Below are positions 16,767 through 27,940 of a stretch of DNA of 32,000 nt, piece by piece (positions within the stretch are counted from its first letter, which is position 1; each line of letters opens with the position of its first letter). A model generated the notes under the pieces. It was given only the letters and a program-made list of their open reading frames with translations. It did no database searches and was not told the DNA's origin. The translations under genes and the position numbers were made by a program. Source of the DNA: Aeropyrum pernix K1. GTDB taxonomy: Archaea; Thermoproteota; Thermoprotei_A; Sulfolobales; Acidilobaceae. The stretch spans positions 1,320,001 to 1,352,000 of the forward strand of contig NC_000854.2 in the NCBI RefSeq assembly GCF_000011125.1, read 5' to 3'.

Positions 16767-18215
16767 CTACCTCTTCTCCAGGCCGAGGAACCTCCTCACT
16801 GCCCCGAGAGGAGGTTTAACCTTCTTCACTCCTCCCTGAGCATCCTCCACCTCAAGCCTGAGGGCCCCTGAGACGCCAGCCTCTGCCAGTAGCGCCAGTG
16901 ATATCAGGCCCTGGTAGAGGGCGTAGTAGGGCCTAGCGAGCGTCACAGGCTCTGAAGGGTCTACCCTTAGGTCGAGATCCACGCTGTGGGGTTCGAAGCT
17001 CGCCTGGACTATATCTGAGGCCACTCTTTTTATGGGGTGCCCCTTCCAGAACTTGTAAGCCCCGCTGTCACCTGTCGCCAGGGTTTTCCCCTCCAGCAGA
17101 GTCAGGTCTATCCTAGTCATTCCTACGTCGCAGGGTGGAGGGCCGCTGGGTATTATGCTGGCCCCAGAGGCGAGAAGGTCCTGGAGGGCTAGGTAGGCTA
17201 GGACGTCTGCAACGGCGCTAGAGCTGCTAGGCCCTCCCCTTTTGACCGCGTTTGCCACCCTCTTCTGAACCTCGAGAACGGCGCACTCGGGTATATAGAC
17301 CTTGAGGCCCTCTAGGGCGCTGTTGTGGATTCCAAAGTATATGAGGTTAGTGTCTACAATGACCCCGGCCTCCCGATGCTCGTCAACCCCTCGTAGGCGG
17401 GCGGCGCCCATCCACGCTGGAAGCTGGACTAGAGCTTCGCCCCTCCTGTCGGCCAGGCCCGCGGCGAGCTTCGCAACCCTTGCAGCCGAGTTGGCCACGT
17501 CCTGGGGCTCGCACAGCCTCAGCCTGAGGGAGTCGATACCCTCCACCTCTATCCTGGCCATGCCGCACTCTGCCCTGAGAGGGGGCCCGGCCACGCTGAA
17601 GGTCTGAGCGCTGTTGAGGCGGCGGGCAAGCTCGGCGACGCTGCAGCGTAGGGGCGGTACATCGCCTCCCCATAGCCCCCTACAGTCCCTGCCCCTCGCT
17701 GTTAGGTCCGGGAACCTGCTGGCGGCGCTCCTACGCCCGTTTACAGCCTCGACTACGCTGTGCATGAGTATTATTGGCTCCAGCCTCCTCGGGACGTACG
17801 GGTACACGAGGCCCGTCCAGGGGCCCCAGTAGAAGTGTACGTGAGCTACGTCGAGCCTACAGCCCGCCGAGACCGTTGCTAGGGCCGTGCTAGCGGCGAG
17901 CCTCCTCCCAGCACTCGATATGACCACCACACCCTCCTCGCCGCAGAACTTCTCCCTGAAAACCCTTCTGAGGACGTCGGGGAGCGTCCTCTCACCCTGC
18001 ACTTCGGGAATGGCGTGGCCGCTGAGGTCCTCAATGCCGGTGTCGACCTTCAAATACTCTTCAACAACGTGTTTAACCCTCTTAGCAGCCTCCAGGGCGC
18101 CTACATGTATTATTGTCGCCGAGTCGAAACCCCGCTCCTCCCATATCCTAGAGGCAGCCGTAACAGCGGCCTCAACATTGCCAGCCCCCCTGCTGACGGG
18201 GAGTATAAGCTTCAT
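16767..18215 (-). CDS. Orphan multidomain protein: CARF-like Rossmann N-domain plus PIN-domain nuclease C-domain
   Basis: ATG at 18213-18215 (MKLILPVSRGAGN) is preferred over ATG 18236. The N-domain has a beta1-plus-loop start, VVVISSAGRRLAASTALATV (compare the TGGTK-type CARF motif) and LDVAHVHF (compare DxTHG). The C-domain has the PIN acidic pattern: VIVDTNLIY, IPECAVLEV, CDVGMTRID and LATGDSGAY. Confidence 0.7.
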   Translation of the reverse strand: MKLILPVSRGAGNVEAAVTAASRIWEERGFDSATIIHVGALEAAKRVKHVVEEYLKVDTGIEDLSGHAIPEVQGERTLPDVLRRVFREKFCGEEGVVVISSAGRRLAASTALATVSAGCRLDVAHVHFYWGPWTGLVYPYVPRRLEPIILMHSVVEAVNGRRSAASRFPDLTARGRDCRGLWGGDVPPLRCSVAELARRLNSAQTFSVAGPPLRAECGMARIEVEGIDSLRLRLCEPQDVANSAARVAKLAAGLADRRGEALVQLPAWMGAARLRGVDEHREAGVIVDTNLIYFGIHNSALEGLKVYIPECAVLEVQKRVANAVKRGGPSSSSAVADVLAYLALQDLLASGASIIPSGPPPCDVGMTRIDLTLLEGKTLATGDSGAYKFWKGHPIKRVASDIVQASFEPHSVDLDLRVDPSEPVTLARPYYALYQGLISLALLAEAGVSGALRLEVEDAQGGVKKVKPPLGAVRRFLGLEKR

Positions 18216-18601
18216 CCTACACCACCACCGGGCCATGGGAAGCGGTCAGATAGGGGTGGATCTCCCCACGGCCCTTGAGGCTCAGAATTGGAGTCACACC
18301 TCATCCCGCCCATATAGGGTATACGGTCTAGAGGGCTGATAACCTGGGCAAGGAGGCTAACAATAACTCCTCTCAAAGAACAGTGGCCCCTAAGATGCAC
18401 CGGTGAATCAACCGTACAGTACACTATCCTCCGCCCCTGCTGCGGGCGGCCTAAGGGCATGGTAACACACTCCAGGATGCAAGGCCGCGAAACCTGCCCT
18501 ACCGAGCTATACTATATCCTCTGCGCCGCAATGGCTGGTTCTAGTGTTGTATTACCTTGCGGTGTGAATAGAACCTTATGTTTGAGGCGTAAGGTATCAC
18601 G

Positions 18602-18853
18602 CCGCTTGTGGAGGGAAGCCGGTTTGCAGGCCTCTGGGCCAGCCCGCGGGTGGAGGACCTAGGCCTCCGGCGGAATAAATGGAGCACCGTGGAGGTGTCG
18701 AGGCTTTTCAACTAGCCTGGACGGTAATACGGTTAGTTGCTGTCACGTCTTGGCAAGGGGGTTATGGGCTATCCCGTGGACACCCCATACTGCCCCCGTC
18801 TTAGCTGGGGGTATTCACATCGGTTCGGGGGCTTTCCGGGCAGGTTTGAGCGG
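18602..18853 (+). ncRNA. Candidate large structured RNA inside a roughly 705-bp non-coding gap (RNase P RNA-like P4 motif, unconfirmed)
   Basis: There are two long-range helices: 18613-18620/18830-18837 (8 bp, one G:U) and 18602-18607/18848-18853 (6 bp, one U:G). The wobble pairs would be mismatches on the minus strand. GGAGGGAAGCCGG (18610-18622) resembles the RNase P CR-I sequence GGAGGAAAGUCCGG. I could not find a convincing CR-V. Confidence 0.2.
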
Positions 18854-18892
18854 GTTAACCTGTTTTCAACCGGCTGGTGCTTAACTCTACCG

Positions 18893-18928
18893 TTAACTCA
18901 ACCGCTATCTCGGGGGTGGTTGAGTTAA
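18893..18928. repeat. 11-bp inverted repeat TTAACTCAACC / GGTTGAGTTAA within a cluster of TTAACTC motifs
   Basis: The arms are 18893-18903 and 18918-18928, perfectly complementary with a 14-nt spacer. TTAACTCTACC also occurs directly repeated at 18881-18891 and at 18936-18946, the latter spanning the gcvPB stop codon. Confidence 0.6.
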
Positions 18929-18941
18929 GGCGCAGTTAACT

Positions 18942-20507
<1,566 letters not shown>

Positions 20508-20509
20508 CC

Positions 20510-21925
20510 CTATCCACCCAGTACACTGTCCAGTAGATTGACAAGTAGATCCACATGCCTCCTGGTATGGGCCTCCGTGACCGTTAAGAGCATGTCATTG
20601 TCGCTGAAGAACGAGAACCCTCCGAGGGGTATACCGGCGAGAACCCCCTTCTCGAGAAGCCTCCTCCTAGCCACGCCAGCGTCCATAGGGAGCCTTACTG
20701 TGAAGTCCATTATAAACTCTCCCTCTAGGAGGGGCGCCTCGACACCCCTTAGCTCTGAGAGCCTCTTGGCGGCGTAGTGGCTCATATACCACGAGGCCTC
20801 CGCAACTTCCCTGAGGCCCTGCGGGCCCAGCAGGCTGAGGTAGACTGCAGCCGCTATGGCCATGAGGGCCTCGTTGGTTGTTATGTTGCTGGTCGCCTTA
20901 GCCCTCCTGATATGCTGCTCTCTAGTCTGGAGTATCATGGCGAAAGCCCTCCTGCCCTCAGCATCCACCGTCATCCCTATAAGCCTTCCTGGCATCTGCC
21001 TTACTAGCCTACCGTCCCACCTCACCGCGAAGACTCCCAGATAGGGGCCCCCGTAGTTGAGGCCGAGGCCGAGGGGCTGGCCGTCGCCAACCGCTATGTC
21101 AGCCCCCAGCCTTCCGGGGGGCTTGAGGATGGCCATGCTGACCGGCTCAACACCCAGTATGAATAGCCCTCCGGCCTTGTGAACAGCCTCTCCAGCCGCC
21201 TCCACATTCTCGTCTATAACCCCAGTATAGCTGCTGGGGTACTCCATGTAGAGGGCCGCAGTATCACCTTGCGACAGCCTGGACTCGAGGTCCTCTAGGT
21301 CTATAAACCCCGTCTCCCTGTCTACCCTAACCTTCTCAACCCTGATTCCGCCGCCGTAGGCGTAGGTGGTTGCAGTCTCGAGGTGGAGAGGGTTCATAGT
21401 CTCAGGCACTAGAACCCTATTCCTCCTCGTAACCCTCCTGGCCATGAGCATAGCCTCGCCAACGGCACTGCTCCAGTCGTAGAGACTCGCGTTGACTACC
21501 TCCATCTCAAGCAGCTCTGCAACCAGGCTTTGATACTCGAAGAGAGCCTGCATCAGCCCCTGGCTTATCTCAGCCTGGTAGGGGGTGTATGCTGTGAGGA
21601 ACTCGCCCCTGGTTATGAGGGCCTTCACAACGGAGGGGACGTACCGTGGCCACACACCCCCGCCCACAAACGGAGGGGGGTCGGTGAAATACTTGTTCCT
21701 CGAGAGTATATCATTTATCCTAGCCAGGACCTCTGCCTCGCTGAGCGGCCTCCCCTCGCCTATGGGGAGGGAGTCCCACTCCTCTGGAGACAGCAATATA
21801 GTGGGGGGTATATCCCTGTAGAGATCGTCGACCGAGGAGACCCCTATAGCCTCCAGCATCTCATCAAGTATGGCCTTATGGGAGTTTGGTATCCAAGGAT
21901 GTTCCAACTGTGGATACACCAACAT
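20510..21925 (-). CDS. gcvPA: Glycine dehydrogenase (decarboxylating) subunit 1
   Basis: Characteristic P-protein N-terminal-half regions are FLTAYTPYQAEISQG, LYDWSSAVGEA and REQHIRRAKATSNITTNEAL. Confidence 0.95.
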   Translation of the reverse strand: MLVYPQLEHPWIPNSHKAILDEMLEAIGVSSVDDLYRDIPPTILLSPEEWDSLPIGEGRPLSEAEVLARINDILSRNKYFTDPPPFVGGGVWPRYVPSVVKALITRGEFLTAYTPYQAEISQGLMQALFEYQSLVAELLEMEVVNASLYDWSSAVGEAMLMARRVTRRNRVLVPETMNPLHLETATTYAYGGGIRVEKVRVDRETGFIDLEDLESRLSQGDTAALYMEYPSSYTGVIDENVEAAGEAVHKAGGLFILGVEPVSMAILKPPGRLGADIAVGDGQPLGLGLNYGGPYLGVFAVRWDGRLVRQMPGRLIGMTVDAEGRRAFAMILQTREQHIRRAKATSNITTNEALMAIAAAVYLSLLGPQGLREVAEASWYMSHYAAKRLSELRGVEAPLLEGEFIMDFTVRLPMDAGVARRRLLEKGVLAGIPLGGFSFFSDNDMLLTVTEAHTRRHVDLLVNLLDSVLGG

Positions 21926-22022
21926 GTAGGAGGGTGGGCGGGCCTGGTTATCAGCGTTAAGGGCTTCACCGGCTAATACAGGCTAGGGCTTGCACCGTTT
22001 ATTGCAGGCTACGGATCCCCCG

Positions 22023-22028
22023 TTTATA
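22023..22028 (+). promoter_or_regulatory. TATA-box-like TTTATA upstream of bcp
   Basis: CGTTTATAGG lies about 30 nt upstream of GTG 22057, consistent with a near-leaderless transcript. A similar CCGTTTATTG occurs at 21995-22004. Confidence 0.4.
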
Positions 22029-22056
22029 GGCTCCGGAGGCGACTTTGTTTAACGGT

Positions 22057-22551
22057 GTGAAAGGCTTGGTTGAGCTTGGAGAGAAGGCGCCGGACTTCAC
22101 CCTTCCCAACCAGGATTTCGAGCCTGTGAACCTCTACGAGGTGCTTAAGAGGGGTAGGCCAGCCGTCCTCATATTCTTCCCCGCGGCGTTCAGCCCGGTC
22201 TGCACTAAGGAGCTGTGCACCTTCAGGGACAAGATGGCGCAGCTAGAGAAGGCTAACGCTGAGGTCCTCGCCATAAGCGTGGACAGCCCCTGGTGTCTCA
22301 AGAAGTTTAAGGATGAGAACAGGCTGGCCTTCAACCTGCTCTCAGACTATAACAGGGAGGTGATAAAGCTTTACAACGTATACCACGAGGACCTAAAGGG
22401 TCTTAAGATGGTGGCTAAGAGGGCCGTCTTCATTGTTAAGCCCGACGGGACTGTAGCTTACAAGTGGGTTACTGACAACCCCCTCAACGAGCCTGACTAC
22501 GACGAGGTGGTGAGGGAGGCTAACAAAATAGCGGGGGAGCTGGTGGCCTGA
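22057..22551 (+). CDS. bcp: Peroxiredoxin, Bcp/PrxQ type (AhpC/TSA family)
   Basis: Motifs are KAPDFTLPNQ and FFPAAFSPVCTKELC, the latter holding the peroxidatic and resolving Cys five residues apart. GTG 22057 is preferred because of the TATA spacing. TTG 22045 is the ORF-track start. Confidence 0.9.
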   Translation: MKGLVELGEKAPDFTLPNQDFEPVNLYEVLKRGRPAVLIFFPAAFSPVCTKELCTFRDKMAQLEKANAEVLAISVDSPWCLKKFKDENRLAFNLLSDYNREVIKLYNVYHEDLKGLKMVAKRAVFIVKPDGTVAYKWVTDNPLNEPDYDEVVREANKIAGELVA

Positions 22552-22575
22552 CCTCCCCGCAAGCAGCTTCCAGCT

Positions 22576-22773
22576 TCAGACCTGCTTAGCCTCCTCCTTT
22601 TTACCCTCAAGCTCGTCTATCATCCTCTGCACTATATATACTATCTCCGGGTTAGCATCTATTTCCAGCAGCCTGTTGTAGATCTCCTTCAGCCTCTGCA
22701 GGTTCTTCTCCTTGAAAGCTTTCCTAGCCTCGTCGTATAGCTGTATATCCTCGCTGCTCGGAGTCATGCACAC
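22576..22773 (-). CDS. Possible small helical protein (65 aa)
   Basis: It has an ATG start and a lysine/glutamate-rich sequence predicted to be helical. No motif is recognised. It lies convergent with bcp. Coding status is uncertain. Confidence 0.35.
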   Translation of the reverse strand: MCMTPSSEDIQLYDEARKAFKEKNLQRLKEIYNRLLEIDANPEIVYIVQRMIDELEGKKEEAKQV

Positions 22774-22903
22774 TCTCCATTCACCCCGTTAAGGCTAGAA
22801 GACTCGAAGGGTATATGTGTTTTTACGTGAAAGCTCCTTAGGGCGTCATAATCCTGGAGAGCGGGTGAGAAGCATTTATAGGGTCCGGCTGGGGGCGATA
22901 TAA

Positions 22904-22917
22904 TTTTAAACTTTAAA
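22904..22917 (+). promoter_or_regulatory. Tandem TATA-like elements TTTTAAAC / TTTAAA upstream of the OFOR operon
   Basis: ATATAATTTTAAACTTTAAAGG is the most AT-rich stretch of the 194-bp intergenic region. It lies about 65-80 nt upstream of the OFOR alpha start. Confidence 0.4.
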
Positions 22918-22982
22918 GGTCTACACAGGTTTTCTACAATATTGAATATGTGTGGATGCTATGTTAGGTGGTGCTTTCTAAA

Positions 22983-25848
<2,866 letters not shown>

Positions 25849-25880
25849 GCTACGTGGCGATAGCGGTCTAGAGGCGACCC

Positions 25881-25886
25881 TTTTTT
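25881..25886 (+). terminator. Oligo-T (T6) archaeal terminator candidate after the OFOR operon
   Basis: TTTTTT lies 33 nt downstream of the beta-subunit stop, preceded by a short GGTC..GACC stem. It overlaps the proposed TTG start of the next gene. Confidence 0.4.
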
Positions 25887-26352
25887 GAACATCGCGAGGC
25901 TTATCCTCGCGCTATCAATACTACTCCTCCCTTCACTATGGGCAGCCTCTCTCGGCGTCAGCAAAACTGACTACAATATCGTGGTGCGCTGCGACTATGG
26001 TGACGTGTCGAAAGCCTGGTCTGAAAGCGTAGAGACTCTTGAGATTTCTTTCCTCCACAGCGTCCATAAGGAGGTTGAGACCGACGTAATGAGTGTGGAC
26101 AACAGGGGGTTCTGGCTCAGAGAAGTACGGCTTCCAGAGACTGGCGCGGGGACGCCGTATAACCTTGAGGACCTGGGTGGCTCTGGCTCGGTTTATTTCG
26201 ACCAGGGCGTGCTAGTGTTCACCGACCTTAACGTCTACAGGGGTAGAAGTATAGTATACAACCTCGAGGTCTGGAGGAGCGTTGATTTAAAGCTAGATGG
26301 AATGCCTGTAGACATTGCAGACTGTTCCGTCCTGGCTATAAAAACGCCTTAG
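25885..26352 (+). CDS. DUF1850-like exported protein (family usually linked to TAXI-TRAP transporters)
   Basis: The N-terminal signal or anchor is IARLILALSILLLPSLWAAS. The core ISFLHSVHKEVETD...LPETGAGTPYN resembles the DUF1850 HSV..E / GAG pattern as I recall it. The TTG start is uncertain. Confidence 0.6.
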   Translation: MNIARLILALSILLLPSLWAASLGVSKTDYNIVVRCDYGDVSKAWSESVETLEISFLHSVHKEVETDVMSVDNRGFWLREVRLPETGAGTPYNLEDLGGSGSVYFDQGVLVFTDLNVYRGRSIVYNLEVWRSVDLKLDGMPVDIADCSVLAIKTP

Positions 26353-26396
26353 TGGTAGAGGCGGAGCGGCCGGTTCCCGGGTAGAAGGAGAAGTAT

Positions 26397-27689
26397 TTAT
26401 AGGTACTCCTTAGCTACTCTCACCGCCTCCTCTGCCGCTCTGTGGAAGGCTTCCAGCTCCTCCTCGCTGTGGGAGTATGCGAGGTGCATCCTCTTCAGCG
26501 GGTTAGGAGTCACCAGTATGCCTCTCCTCCTCATCTCCCTCGCAAAGACTCTGTAGGCATCGCCGTTGGCTCTCAGAGCCTCCTCGAGATTCTTGGGCCG
26601 CCTGTCTATGCCGAAATATATGCTTACCGAGCCCCCGAACTGGGATACAGCAGCTTCCACGCCGAGGTCCTCAGATATATCCCTGAGAATACCTGCCAGA
26701 GCCTCCGCCCTACTACGTAGCGCTCTGGTAAGCCCCACATCCTCCGCCTTTTCAAGTGTTGCCACTCCAGCAGCCATAGATAGTGGGTGGCCGGAGTATG
26801 TTCCGCTGCTCACAACCCCTCTAGCCAGCAGCTCCATAACATTGTCACCACCGAGAACCGCCGCAACAGGCATGCCGTTTGCAATGGCTTTTCCTACAGT
26901 TGTCAGATCCGCTCTTACGCCGAAGTAGTCCTGCATCCCCCGGTCGCTAGCCCTTATGAAGGTTATGATCTCGTCGAATATCAGCAGCGAGCCGTGGGTA
27001 TCGCACAGCTTTCTCAACCTCTCCACGAAACCCTTTTCCGCCGGTATAACGCCCATACTATGGGCCACAGGCTCAAGTATGTAGGCGGCAACCCTGTCGC
27101 CAAATCTCTCAGCATAGTCCTCCAGTGCATCGACATCGTTATAGGGGAGGACCTCTACTGTCGAGGCTGTTGCTGAGGGGACGCCTTTCGACTCCACGGT
27201 CTTACCTTTTGACGCCGGGTTTTTGATGTTGTATATCGAGTAGTCGTGCCACCCGTGGTAGTTGCCGTCGAACTTGACCACAACATCCCTACCTGTGTAT
27301 GCTCTCGCCAGTCTCATAGCCATCATTACGGCTTCACTACCACTATTAGTAAATAGCACTTTATCGTACATCGGAAACTTTCTGATGAGCATTTTAGCAA
27401 ATTCTATCTCAGCGTCGCTAACACCAGCACCATGGAGAACAAGCCTGTTCAGCTGTTCGCTAACCCTGGCTGCGACGTCATCGTCATTATGGCCGAGAGC
27501 TACAGCGCCAAATGCCATATGAAAGTCTATGTACTCCCTCCCCCTGTAGTCCCTTATCCTCGAGCCTTTCGCCCAGGACACTATCAGAGGCTCTATACTA
27601 TGAAACTCCCTCCTAAGCCCGCCTTGGGCACCACCTATGAACAGGGCGAGAGCGTCCCTCCAGAGACCGCCTCCGTGATCACCACTCAA
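26397..27689 (-). CDS. Class-III PLP aminotransferase, glutamate-1-semialdehyde aminomutase-like paralog
   Basis: Motifs are NSGSEAVMMAMRLARAYTGR, FDGNYHGWHD, ILEPVAHSMG, LIFDEIITF and the PLP-Lys context TTVGKAIANGMP, followed by GTYSGHPLSMAAG. It lacks the canonical HemL PGGVNSPVRAF N-terminal motif. Confidence 0.85.
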   Translation of the reverse strand: MSGDHGGGLWRDALALFIGGAQGGLRREFHSIEPLIVSWAKGSRIRDYRGREYIDFHMAFGAVALGHNDDDVAARVSEQLNRLVLHGAGVSDAEIEFAKMLIRKFPMYDKVLFTNSGSEAVMMAMRLARAYTGRDVVVKFDGNYHGWHDYSIYNIKNPASKGKTVESKGVPSATASTVEVLPYNDVDALEDYAERFGDRVAAYILEPVAHSMGVIPAEKGFVERLRKLCDTHGSLLIFDEIITFIRASDRGMQDYFGVRADLTTVGKAIANGMPVAAVLGGDNVMELLARGVVSSGTYSGHPLSMAAGVATLEKAEDVGLTRALRSRAEALAGILRDISEDLGVEAAVSQFGGSVSIYFGIDRRPKNLEEALRANGDAYRVFAREMRRRGILVTPNPLKRMHLAYSHSEEELEAFHRAAEEAVRVAKEYL

Positions 27690-27857
27690 CAGTATTCACC
27701 GGAAACCTAAGTCTGGGCATAACCCCCAGGCCTACCTTAACCACCCTGGCTATTAAGCCTTTGCCAACACCCCGCCGGGTCTAGAAGCAATTTATTACCC
27801 GAGGGGGTTAGAAGATACCGAGTTAAATGGTGTGCTTAGCATAGGCTGTTTGGCCTT

Positions 27858-27890
27858 CCCACGCGTATAGCGGGAAACGGGTCGCGTGGG
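27858..27890. promoter_or_regulatory. 8-bp GC-rich inverted repeat CCCACGCG-N17-CGCGTGGG upstream of the TRAP permease gene
   Basis: The arms are 27858-27865 and 27883-27890, perfect complements. The element ends 50 nt upstream of GTG 27941, in the divergent intergenic region shared with the aminotransferase gene. Confidence 0.45.
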
Positions 27891-27940
27891 CGCGGGTGTG
27901 TTGCTCTATCACACTTAATAGCTGGTAGTGGTGTTGAGGC

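Noticed and set aside
16631-16819. ORF of 62 aa on the + strand within the candidate RNA region
   Set aside because: The translation is Gly/Pro/Leu/Arg-rich, runs into the convergent PIN-protein gene, and has no start context. The nested helices explain the region better.
18640-18700. Possible SRP RNA helix 8 (GGCGGAAUAAAUGGAGCACC contains GGAA and AGCA)
   Set aside because: The flanking bases do not form the conserved helix-8 stem closing a GNAR tetraloop, and no Alu-domain or helix-5 pairing could be built. It is left as part of the unclassified region.
18212-18928. Three short ORFs in the long gap (18212..18460 minus, 18459..18662 plus, 18737..18928 plus)
   Set aside because: The translations are Arg/Gly/Pro/Cys/Trp-rich with no recognisable fold or motif and no SD-like or TATA context. 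The region is better explained as RNA or regulatory sequence.
16445-18941. Replication-origin idea for the two long gaps (looked for ORB-like TCCAGTGGAAA elements and an AT-rich unwinding element)
   Set aside because: Only fragments such as CTCCAGGATG and GTTCCACC were seen. There are no repeated ORB-like boxes, no extended AT-rich DUE, and no adjacent orc1/cdc6 gene.
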